Source: an uncultured Planctomycetota bacterium (GTDB lineage Bacteria > Planctomycetota > Planctomycetia > Isosphaerales > Isosphaeraceae). Taken from it: DNA of 64,000 nucleotides. Position 1 is the stretch's first letter; each line of letters begins with the position of its first letter. The DNA is taken from the NCBI GenBank assembly GCA_963845755.1, contig CAWJTV010000013.1:224001-288000 (forward strand), given 5' to 3'. Below the pieces are notes generated by a model. That model did not search any database, was not told where the DNA came from, and saw only the letters and a program-made list of their open reading frames with translations. A program made the translations under genes and the position numbers. Shown piece after piece: positions 10,427 to 20,727 of the stretch.

Positions 10427-12438
10427 TGACCCCAACAGAGTGGCATATAGCCCGTTGATACCTGATACTGTCATCCCTCTGAGCCGCCTCAGAGGGCGTT
10501 GAACCCGACCCTGACGCCGGATTGCTGCTTGCATGGAGGTGATCGTCCTCGCGACGTCCTACCACGGAGAGCGGACATGACACGACGATCGGCCTTGGGA
10601 CGGCACAGCCTCCGCATCCACCGGGAGTTCGTCCCCTCCCGCTGCCAGCTCCGCGCCCTGGCCTTGGCCTTCGAGCAGGCCCTCCCCATCATCCGGAGGC
10701 CGCTGACGACGCCGGCACGACCACAAATGTTCGTTGATTCTGATTTGAATTCGTTCACACAACCAGGCCGTTCGGGGGCCCTCCGATGACCGAACCCATC
10801 GACCGCCGCGCCGCCTTGTACGCCAGGGTCTCCACCGAACAGCAGGCCCAAGAGGACACGATCGCCAGTCAACTCGATCTGTTGCGCCGGCGGATCCAGG
10901 CCGATGGCCTGACCGTCGCCCAGGAACTCCAATTCGCCGACGACGGTTATTCGGGCGAGACCTTCCGGCGCCCCGCCCTGGAACGGTTGCGCGACACGGC
11001 CGCCGCCGGGGCGATCGACCGGATCTACATCGAGTGTCCCGACCGATTGGCACGGGATTACCCGTATCAGATGGTCGTGGTTGACGAGCTGCGCCGCCAG
11101 GGCGTCGAGGTCGTCTTCCTCAATCACGACCTCGATGAGAGCCCCGAGGGTCAACTGCTGTTGCAAGTCCAGGGGATCATCGCCGAATACGAGCGGGTCA
11201 AGGCCCGTGAGAAGTGTCGCCGCGGCCGGCTCTACGCGGCGCGGTCGGGCCAGGTCAGCGTCCTGGGCGGTGCCGCCTTACGGATACCATTACCACACCA
11301 AGCAGGAGGGAGGTGGCGCAGGCCCGGTATGTCGTCCAGTTCGCCGAGGCCCAGGTGGTCCGAGAGATCTTCACCTGGGTGGGGATCGAAGGATGTTCGC
11401 TCAGTCAGGTGTGCCGACGATTGCGAGAACGCGGGCTCCTTACCCGCACGGGCAAGGCGCATTGGGATCGGGCCACGGTCCTGGGCATGCTGCGCAACCC
11501 GGCTTACATGGGGACAGCCCACTTCAACAAGGTCCATTGCGTCCCGGCCCGTCCCCGGTTGCGCCCGCGTCGGGGAGTCCCCGAGTTTCCACGGCGACAC
11601 ACCGCCAAAGCGGCGACGCCCCCCGAGGACCAGATCCCGATCCCGGTGCCGGCGATCGTGGAGCCGGCCCTGTTCGAGGCCGTGCAGGAGCGGCTGGCGG
11701 AGCACCGCCGACATCCCGGCCAGGCGGCCCCCCGGCCGCGCCATCTGCTGGCGGGCTTGGTGGTGTGCCAGCGGTGTGGTTACGCGTATCGCGGTCGGGC
11801 CATGAAGAAGAAGGGAGGGAGTCGCTATGGCTATTACCGCTGTTATGGGGCGGAGGCCGAGTCCTTCGCCGGCCGGGCCCGGATCTGCGACAATCCGGCG
11901 ATCCGGATCGAACGTCTGGACGAGGCGGTGTGGTCCGATGTGCGCGGGTTGTTGCTGGAGCCGGAGCGGTTGGCTGAGGAATTCGAGCGGCGGTTGAGTC
12001 GGGCGAACCGAGGCGAGGGGACGACTCAGTCGAGTCGGAGCCTGGACAAGTTGATCGGTCAGGTCCGCCGCAGGCTGGCGCGGCTGGTGGAGATGTACGC
12101 CGACGGATACATCGAGAAGGAGAAATTCCAGAGAGATATGGATATTTCTCGAACACGAATGTCAGAATTGGAGTTGGAGCGTCGGGCGATGGACCAGGAG
12201 GAACAGCAACGGGAGGAGTTACGGTTGGTGATGGGTCGGATCGAGGAATTCGGGGCGCAGGTACGCGCCGGTTTGGATACCAGCGACGTGGCGACGCGTC
12301 GTCGGATCATTTGTGCACTGGTCAAGAAGGTCGAGATCGATGCGGAGGCGGTTCATATTGTGTATCGTGTGAGCCCTCGCCCTTTTGCCCAAACGGCCCC
12401 GACAGACGGTAACATGCCACACTGTTGGGGCCGTTCTA
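10424..12438 (+). mobile_element. IS-like minimal element encoding a large serine recombinase
   Basis: CTA at both junctions (10424-26, 12436-38); 20-bp imperfect inverted repeats 10427-10446 and 12414-12433 (17/20); excision restores a REP arm. Confidence 0.85.
10577..10789 (+). CDS. Small 70-aa protein translationally coupled to the recombinase
   Basis: ATGA overlap with recombinase start; MTRRS...FVPSRCQLRALALAFEQALP. Confidence 0.55.
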   Translation: MTRRSALGRHSLRIHREFVPSRCQLRALALAFEQALPIIRRPLTTPARPQMFVDSDLNSFTQPGRSGALR

Positions 12439-12503
12439 CGGCCCTTCAGGCCGCCGGAAATCGGCTGTCCTTATGTGCGCAACCCACGCGTAAAGCGCTC
12501 TAG
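10786..12503 (+). CDS. Large serine recombinase (resolvase + recombinase + Zn ribbon + coiled coil); frameshifts near 11273 and 11316
   Basis: YARVST catalytic Ser, DDGYSG, RPALERL, PDRLAR, PYGY, LRNPAYMG, LLAGLVVCQRCG, YYRC. Confidence 0.92.
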
Positions 12504-12699
12504 TGCCAGGTCTCGTTTCAGGCCGGTTCCTCCTCGCTTCGAGGAAAGGATCTCCCGTCCAGTCTCGCGACCGGGCGGGAGCAACCGCCTCCTTCACTTT
12601 CAATCGCGACCGGGCCACCCTCCAGACCAAGGATGACTTCCGAGAGCGGGTCTCCCCAGCGTACCTCGGGGGATCGGACGCTGGTCCGACCGGCGAAGA

Positions 12700-13320
12700 T
12701 CACGGCATCCGACCCGCGAGGGTCCCCCGGGAATGACCCGAGGCATCGGACGGAAGTCGGCGCGGAGCATCGCCTAGCCGAATCGGGGACGAATCAACCG
12801 GAGTCTGGTTCGGGGACCGGCTCGACTGTTCGCCGGGCGTTTCCGACGAGGATGGGGCCGGTGCGGTCTCCGGGACATCGCCCCGATAGAACTGACCGGC
12901 CGGCAAGACGGAGGATCGATCCCCGGACGGCCGGCCGATGCGGGGAGCTGAATTCAGGGCGTCGTTGGCAACTGTGTTGTGAGTGACGAGAGGGATGCTC
13001 GCGGCGTTGGGATCATTGGCTCCCGAGCCGACGGTGATCGTCGCGCCGGCACTCCCGCTCGATCCGGCCGTCCCCGTCGCGGCGAGGCTGGGGATGCCGG
13101 TGATGTTACCCGGCTGGATACTGGAGATCCCGCCGGAGCCCGTCATCGTGAACGACGTGGGGACGGGGGTCCCGCCCAGCGAGGCGCCGGGGAAGGGAAT
13201 GATCAGGACGTAACCACCGGTCGTCAGCACAATCACACCCAGGTCGGCTATGACCGGCAGGAGACGATCCTCCAGTTCGCAGGCTTGCAAATCGGGATGG
13301 AACTTTCGAAGCAGATTCAT
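12700..13320 (-). CDS. Hypothetical exported protein with planctomycete LExRxLL motif
   Basis: MNLLRKFHPDLQACELEDRLLP followed by low-complexity G/S/T/P region. Confidence 0.6.
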   Translation of the reverse strand: MNLLRKFHPDLQACELEDRLLPVIADLGVIVLTTGGYVLIIPFPGASLGGTPVPTSFTMTGSGGISSIQPGNITGIPSLAATGTAGSSGSAGATITVGSGANDPNAASIPLVTHNTVANDALNSAPRIGRPSGDRSSVLPAGQFYRGDVPETAPAPSSSETPGEQSSRSPNQTPVDSSPIRLGDAPRRLPSDASGHSRGTLAGRMP

Positions 13321-13751
13321 TGAAGTATCTCCTCGTGACGGACTCCCCGGTGCGGTCACCGGCGAGACCGAACTGAGGTCCTCGGCGGAGACTCACCTGG
13401 AGGGAGATGTCCGTTTCGCGTGCGATTGTGCCATCGCATTCGCGACTCGAGAGTTCGGGGGTCCTCAGCAGTTCGTCGCTTTCCCGTAGGACTTCGAACC
13501 TTGAATTGATCGGACCATTGCACTTCGCCGGCCAGGCCCATCATCCGGTCATCTGCCGAAGCGAAGATGACATCGGAGCTGGCCGAACCCAACCTCGGCC
13601 TCGCCGACCCCGGAGGCAGCACGCCGGCCGTTGACGAGGATGACGTTGTGATCGGCTGAACCCTGGGTCGAATGCGAGTCCCCTCTTTAACATCATCCGT
13701 ACGCGGCTGTCCGACGCGCAACCGCCCGCGCATTTTCCCCCTCTCGCCGTG

Positions 13752-16700
13752 TCATGGATACAATCCGACAGGCGCGAAGACGTCGTCAGGTAGCTCACCC
13801 TCGTGTCCGGCCAGGACGCTCTCAGCCTCGGCGCGGAAGCCGGCCAGGTCCTGGGCGCTCCGGGCATCGAGGTTGTGCGGCTGCTGCATCCAGCGCACGG
13901 CCCGGTTGTAGCAATCGCGCGCCTGGTCCTGGTGTCCCAGCCGATGGTGCGCCTTGGCCAGGAAGAAGAGGTCGAAGGCGTCAGACTGGCCACGGCCGGC
14001 GACCAGGCTGCGCTCGAGGGTGGCGATGGCTTCGGCGTACCGGCCTGTTCGGTACAGGACGACGCCCATGGTGTTGAGGGAGGTGTCTTCGCCGGGAACC
14101 AATTCCACGGCCCGCTGGGCGAGCGTCAGCGCGCAGTTCGAGGTCGTGCCGGGGCCCGGGACCGCGGGCCAGCTCCCAGGCGCGGTTGTTGCAGCACGAG
14201 GCCAGCTTTTGCTGGAGCTGGGGTTCGTCTGATTTCATGGCCAGCGCGGCCTCCAGGTCGGCGATCGCGGGCTCGTACTGGTTCAGGATCTGATGAATCC
14301 GTCCCCGGAAATCTCGAAGGTGGGCATCGTCGGGACGCAGGCGGATGGCCTGATCGAGGTCGGCGATTGCCTCCGGAAAGCGCCTCAGGCTGGCCCGGGC
14401 ATGAGCGCGATGGTGGTAGGCGTCGGCATCGTTGGCATCGTTCTTGAGTCGGGCGGTGTAGAGCTGGACCAGCGATTCGGCGTTCTCGCTGTAGTGCTGG
14501 AGGTGCTCAGTCAGCGGGCCGTAGTTGACCTGGAGCGGAGGCAGGGGCGGCGCCGCGGGATCGGCCGGGTCGTCTTCGGAATAGGCGGGTGCGTCCCAGT
14601 CGAGGTCCATGCCGGCCAGGTGCTTGCGGATGGCGCGCAGGTCCCAGACGTGCGTAGCCGGGCTATCATTGGTGGTCACCACGAGCCGCGACCCGTCGGG
14701 GCTGAAGGTCGGCCAAACGCTGCACATGTCGGGGCTTTCGAGCCGCACCAGCGTGCGGTTGGTCTCTGTCTCCACCAGGCGGATCACCTTGCTCGCATCC
14801 TGGACCACCACCAGCCGGCCGTCCGGGGAGAAGCAGCCAGCCCTGTCGCGGATCTGCCTCACCTCGCGCCAGGTGCCGACCTCCCAGATCCGGCAGGGAG
14901 GCTCCGCTGTCATCAGCCATTTTCCATCGGGGCTGAAGACAACCTCGGTTCCCCCATCGTTGGGCAGCTCGGCGACTTTCGTGACATCACTGATGCGCCA
15001 GACCTGGGAACCGCGAACATGGCTGCCGGTCGCCAGCCATTGGCCGTCCGGGCTGATAGCGACGCCCCGGCAATCGTCCAGGGGGCCCACGCGGATCGTC
15101 CGCTCTGGAGTCGAAACATAAACATATGTAGACGCTTCACCGGCCACGATCCGGCCCGATCGATCCTCGGCGATCGCGCCATGAGACGCCGGCAAGGGGA
15201 GGCGATGCGGCGGGCCGATGCGGAATTCGCCGCGGGCGGCGTCGAGCTGGATCGGCCATCGCTGTACGCCGATGTCCCCGCTGGTGATCAGGTCGCCCGA
15301 TGGTTCGAACATCAGGTTCCAGGCGTTGCCGATCGGCAGGAAGGCGAGCTCGGTGCCGTGGGCCAGGTCCCACAGCGCCGTGCCCCGGCTCGTGCCCACG
15401 ACCAGCATCCGGCCGTCATGCCGGACCGATGGACGTCCATAACTGATCGGCTCGCGGGAAACATGGGCAAGAGACCGGTATTCCAGGGCCGGATAGACCT
15501 GGTAGGTTGTCAGTTTGTCCTCGAGCGAAACGACGATTCGTCCGTCTTGGCTGAATTCCGGGTATGAGCCGTCGGCCAAGCTCAGCACGGGCCGGCCCAA
15601 GACTGGGTCCCAGAGCCGTAGCTGCCCTTCCCAGCCGTTGCTGGCCAGCAACGTGCCCTCGGGATGAAAGGCCGTAGCGATGCCGCCATTGATATGGCCT
15701 TCGAGTGTCGCCCGCCGGATGCCGGTAATGGCGTCCCAGAGGTCGATCTTCCGATCGTTTCCCAGTATGGCCAGAGTGGCACCATCGGGGCCCCAAGCGA
15801 CGCTTCCTTCAAGAGCAACGGGGCTCGACTCGAGCTTGGTGCCGTCAGGGCCTAAGGTGACCTTTGTGCTGATGGCGAGTGGAAACGACCGAACAAGCCG
15901 GCCTGAATCTGTGTCGAGAAGCCGACATGTGGGGAGTTGCTCTTCGCGAGAGATCACGGCGATCTGAGCCCCGTCCCGACGGAATGCCAGATCGAGCGCC
16001 GGTGCTTGTCCGCCCGAGCGCCAACTGGGCTGACCAGTCGCAAGGTCGTATACCAGTAGCTCCCCATCCTCATGGACAAAGGCGATCCGCCGGCTGTCCG
16101 GGCTGAATTTGGCCGCCCTCCCCGATACGGGGCCCGGGTGGTTCAGGGAGACCGAGCGCTGGTCGATGTCCCAGACCGTCAGGGCACCGTCGGGATGATG
16201 TCGGGTCGCCAAGTAGCGGCCGTCGGGGCTGAAGCCGAAGACGGCGACGCTGCGATCACCGCGGGCTGAGAAACGGGCAACCTCCTGGTCATCGGCGACG
16301 CGGCGGACTGAGATCTTCCCATCGCGGAACCGCAGCGCGTAGCGGGTCATAGTGGAGTCGAAGGCGGCCAGGATCACATTCGGGGGCCGGTGGATGACGC
16401 GGCCAGTGGGCTTGAGGTCGGGGAGGGCCAGGGCGGCGATCGCTTCATCGCGGAGCCGGTCGAGCTGCGCGGGAGGCAATTCTAGGTCGCGGCCGATTCG
16501 CGAGGCGCGTTCCAGGGAGTCGAGGCTGTTGAACCGCTGACCGGCGCGGTGGCTGAGCCGAACGGCGCGGGCCTGGGCTGTCAACGAGTTGAAGAGGTTT
16601 TCGCGCGTCTCAGACTCGGCGCGCCGGACCCGGTCCCGCTGGTCACGGTAGGTCAAAGCCGCCACCGACGATACGACGGCCAGAGTCACCACGACGGCCA

Positions 16701-18327
16701 GAGTCACGGTGGCCACTGCAGCGGTGATGCACGCCCCGGCCAGTCCCGGGTTCCGCTTGCACCACCGCCAGAACTGCTGATAGACCGGGATCGGCCGCGA
16801 GCGGATCGGCCGGCCCTCCACGAACCGTCTCAGCTCGTCGGCCATCTCTTCGGCGCTCGCGAACCGGTCGCCCGGGCTCTTGGCGAGCGCCTTGAGGACG
16901 ATCGTCTCCAGATCCTGGGGAATCCCGCGTTCGAGCTGGCGCGGCGGCGCCGGGTCGTTCTCGATCCGGTGAATCAACTGGAGCTGGTCCTTACCCTCGA
17001 ACGGCGGGCGGAGGGTCAACATCTCGTAGAGGGTCGCTCCCAGGGCATAGACGTCGCACTGGGGATTCGATTCGCCGCGGAACCGCTCGGGGGCCATGTA
17101 CCGCAAGGTGCCGGCGATGTCCTGCGATTGCGAGAGGTCGTCTCCGTCCTCGGACTTGGCCAGGCCGAAGTCGGTGATCCAGAGGTTGCCCATCGCGTCG
17201 AGGATCAGGTTCGGCGGCTTGATGTCGCGATGCAGGACGTTCCGCTTGTGGGCGTAGGCCAGGGCTCCGGCGACCTGCCCGCCGAGGCGGGCGACCTCGC
17301 GATAGTAGCGCGCGTCAATCTTGCCGGTGAGAGTGCTGGTCGAGCCCCCGGGCTCCGGAAGCTCGCAGCCCGGGGTGTCCTTCCCGTTGGGAGGCGGCTC
17401 GTCGGCCGGAACGCTCACGGCCTGGGTGTGGGCCAGCTTGAAGCCGACCTTGTAGGCCGCGGCGCCTGCCGGATTGATCCCGTTCCCCTCCGTGCTGGCC
17501 ATTCGCAGGGCGAGCTTCTCGGCCCAATCCTCCATCCGGCATGCGTCCGCAATCTCGGCCGACGCGGTTGGTCGCGGCGTGGGATCCTCGGTCTGAGATC
17601 CGTCGGACGGAGGCGCCAGGGACCACTGGCCGGTCATGAGTCCCAGGGTCGCGCTCCGTTTCAAGCCATCCGTCTCGGGGCGGCGGGCCAGGCGGCTATT
17701 CTCCTCGTCTGGTCCGGGCCGATCCTCCCGGCCGGAGGTCAGGGGGATCGTCTCGGCGTCGGGCGATGCCTCCTTCTCCTGGCGGAGCTGACGGACGTCG
17801 GCCAGGACCTTGTCCAGGCTCTGGCCGGCGATGTATTGCATCGCGTAGTAGCAGACGCCGTCGTGCACGCCGTAGTCGAAGACGCTGACGATGTTCGTGT
17901 GGTGTAGCCGCGCCGCCGATCGGGCCTCGGTGCGAAAGCGGCGCAGGTATTTCTCGCGGTTGCGGAACTGCTCGTGCATCACCTTGAGCGCGACGTGGCT
18001 GCGGAGCAATTCGCGAACCGCCTCATACACCACGCCCATGCCGCCTTCGCCGAGATAGCGGAGGATCCGGTAGTCGCCCAGCGACTCGGGCAGCTCTCCG
18101 CGGGCCGGCGACGTCGGCACGGGGGACGAGATCCCGAGGCCCGACTGCGCCGGCTTGTAGCACTCGACGAGGGCGATCTCCGGGAACAGGTCGCGGATGT
18201 CCTCGGCATGTTCGGGATAACGCGCAACGTAATCGGAGATTGACGGGTGCTCGCCGCGCCGGAGTCGTTCGGCGAACTCCTCGGCCAACCGCTCGAACGG
18301 ATTGCGATCCGCCGTCGATTCGCTCAT
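13752..18327 (-). CDS. Ser/Thr protein kinase with TM segment, WD40 repeats and C-terminal TPRs; frameshift near 14130
   Basis: LGEGGMGVVY, VALK, HRDIKPPN, DFGLAK, GTLRYMAPE; repeated FSPDG...WD; LNTMGVVLYRTG TPR tail. Confidence 0.92.
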
Positions 18328-18364
18328 GGTTCGTTCCTTGCCGTAAATGAAGACCTTCGTTCGG

Positions 18365-18421
18365 CCGTCCGGCGGGGTCAGGAGACCCGCGCCGAGCGCG
18401 CCGGAGACCCGCGCCGAGCGC
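18365..18421. repeat. Short intergenic repeat (GGAGACCCGCGCCGAGCGC x2), REP-like
   Basis: Direct tandem copies between sigma factor and kinase. Confidence 0.55.
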
Positions 18422-18428
18422 ATTCGAG

Positions 18429-19088
18429 CTAGGTTCTTGCCGGGTTGGTGCCGGGGTCATCGAGGAGTCCGAGCGCGGGCGAAAGGACCACCTTGAGCCG
18501 GCGCAGGGCACGGACGTAGCGATTGCTGGCCGCGGCCTTGTGAAGGCCCAGGACGGCGGCGGTCTCTCCGTTATTCAGTTCCTCGAAATGGCGGAGGGCC
18601 AGGACTTCGCGGTCGATCGGATCCATGGCGTTGAGCGCCTCCTGGATCTTGATCTGGATCTCGGCCCGGATGGCGGCCCGGCTGGGGGTCGTCAGTCGGC
18701 CGAGGAGCTGGGCGGCCAGCGATCGGGAGTCGGCCGCCGGCAGCGACCCGTTGTAGAGCGAAACCTCGCGCCCCGCCTCGCGACTCTTCACCCCGAGGTG
18801 GAGGCGGTGCAGCGTCTGGAGCCGCTGGATGGTCAAGAATCGCAGCCAGAGAAATGGCGGCATTTTCCGATCGGCGGCGTACTCGGCCAGCCGCCGCGCG
18901 GCATCCAGGAACGCCTCCTGGAGCACATCCTCCGGGTCGATCCGCCCTTGCAGGCGCCGGTCGAGCCGAAGCCGCACCATCCGGCGGAGTCGTTCGCGGT
19001 GCCGGGCAAAGTAGTCACCGAGCGCAGATTGATCCCCTGCATGAATGCGTTGTGTCAAGGCTTCTTCGACATCGGTCGTGTCCGACAT
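18429..19088 (-). CDS. ECF sigma-70 factor, planctomycete kinase-associated type
   Basis: RLRRMVRLRLD, DPEDVLQEAF, TTPS, DREVLALRHFEEL, RYVRALRRL; directly upstream of kinase. Confidence 0.92.
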   Translation of the reverse strand: MSDTTDVEEALTQRIHAGDQSALGDYFARHRERLRRMVRLRLDRRLQGRIDPEDVLQEAFLDAARRLAEYAADRKMPPFLWLRFLTIQRLQTLHRLHLGVKSREAGREVSLYNGSLPAADSRSLAAQLLGRLTTPSRAAIRAEIQIKIQEALNAMDPIDREVLALRHFEELNNGETAAVLGLHKAAASNRYVRALRRLKVVLSPALGLLDDPGTNPART

Positions 19089-19277
19089 GCTCGGCCCCCT
19101 ATGTGGATAACCGTCGGAACGCGACGATTGTCAACAGGTCGACCTTAAAAAATGGTCGGATCGAGATTGCTCGATCAGCGCGGTCGTCGCGCCTCAACCC
19201 AAGGTCTGTCTGTTTGCACCACAATTCAACGTTTTTCGGGTTTCCGTGGACCTGTCGAGAACGATATACTGGCTACT

Positions 19278-19502
19278 ATGATCCGTATTCGCTTTACAGA
19301 CCTGGACGCCAAGAAACGGGCGTTGGGCCGTCTGGCCGGGCGCTTCTCCTTCAAGAGCTGGGCAACGGGCGAAATGCTCGTTCCAGAACCGGCACTGGCC
19401 TACCTGGCCACTGAGGGGATCCCCTTTCAGGTGGAAGGACCCGCCACGTATGAGCAGAGCACTCCGGCGCTACGAGGTGCTGCTCCCGCTACGGTTCAAT
19501 GA
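19278..19502 (+). CDS. Small hypothetical protein (74 aa)
   Basis: MIRIRFTD... ORF overlapping the next gene. Confidence 0.6.
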   Translation: MIRIRFTDLDAKKRALGRLAGRFSFKSWATGEMLVPEPALAYLATEGIPFQVEGPATYEQSTPALRGAAPATVQ

Positions 19503-19770
19503 CGGTCAGTCCGTCCCGGACGACGTTGTGGCCGAGACGTTGCTCGAGTTGGAGCAGCGGTTCGGTGCGGTATCCTCTGAGACGCAGACGATACGCGGCT
19601 TCTGGCGGCACGAAGGGGAACCCTACCGGGACGACCTGATTCGGGTCTTCGTGGACGTTGCCGACGATCCCGATCATCGTCAGTTCTTCCTCGAATTCAA
19701 GGACCGGTTGAAGGTCCGGTTCGGCCAATTGGACGTCTGGATGACGACCTACCCCATCGAGGTCTTATGA
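19450..19770 (+). CDS. Small hypothetical protein (106 aa), probable ferredoxin-like fold
   Basis: RRYEVLLPLRFNDG...RFGA...G.W...D.LIRVFVDV...LKVRFGQ; typical codon usage, GAAGGA upstream. Confidence 0.7.
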   Translation: MSRALRRYEVLLPLRFNDGQSVPDDVVAETLLELEQRFGAVSSETQTIRGFWRHEGEPYRDDLIRVFVDVADDPDHRQFFLEFKDRLKVRFGQLDVWMTTYPIEVL

Positions 19771-19864
19771 TCCTGCGGTTTGAGTAACGCCGTCGCATTC
19801 AGTGGGTCTTCACGCCTCACTCGGCGATTGACACCACCCTACAAAGGACTTTTCATAAATCCTT

Positions 19865-20612
19865 TCAGTCTCGGCGATCCAGGACGTCGCGATAGCGGCG
19901 CGGGACACCGCGCCAGGCGGCTTGATAGGTCGCTTCCAGAGGGACGGACACGTACCACCCCGGGGCGAGGAACAGTGGCATGTCGATGAGAACGTCGCCG
20001 ACCGCGACTGGCTCCTCGTAGTACGTCTTCGGCGGGCCGGCGTCGTAGGCGACGAGCGTCAGGGGTTTATCGGCCGGCGTCGGCTTCGACTTACCACCGA
20101 GCTCGGTCCAGATGACCGGATGAATGCCGGCGGGATCGCGGTCCGTTCGGGGATGGAGGTCGACCAGGAGCAAGTGATGCCCCCGGTCCAAGGCGTTCAC
20201 GGCCTTGGTCACGAACGTGCGGAACTCCTTGTTGCTCGACTTGTTGCCCGCGGACAGGATTTCGATCAGGGCGATGATCCGGTCATCGCTAGCGTGGCGA
20301 ATCACGATGCTCCGCTGGCGGCGACGTGTAGGTCTCCTCCTCGAGGCTTTCGTAGAGACGCACTCGGGGCGGGGCGGTGGCCACGGCGATCGCACCGGCG
20401 ACGGGACCGCCCGGCCAGCCGTTGTCAGCTCCATTGGTCGTTTGCAGGGTCAACACGTCGGGCACGATGGGTCGGGTGACCTGTTCGGCCATGGCGTAAT
20501 AGTCAGGGGGCAGGATGCCGCTGTTGAGAGCGGTCCGTAGTTCCGCGATCCAACTATGATGGAAATCGTGGAAAGCGCCGTCGAACACGCGCGACCAATC
20601 GTGAATGGGCAT
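19865..20612 (-). CDS. DUF4058 family PD-(D/E)xK-like protein; frameshift near 20325
   Basis: MPIHDWSRV..FHDFHHSW, PDV, IEILSAGNK, HLLLVDL, MPLFL..LEATY. Confidence 0.8.
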
Positions 20613-20727
20613 GGCGATGGTCCCGGAAACCGACTCGGGATCGCTGGAAGACGGGGCAGTCTTCCAGCGATTCAGGTTACCAGAGATCTGACCGGAATTC
20701 TATCAATGGACGCCGAGGATCGATTCA

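Noticed and set aside
10424..12438. Prophage or ICE integrase
   Set aside because: Both boundaries lie within 2 kb and no phage or conjugation genes are present
13440..13560. GGTTCGAAGTCC on minus strand as tRNA T-arm
   Set aside because: No acceptor, D or anticodon stems found
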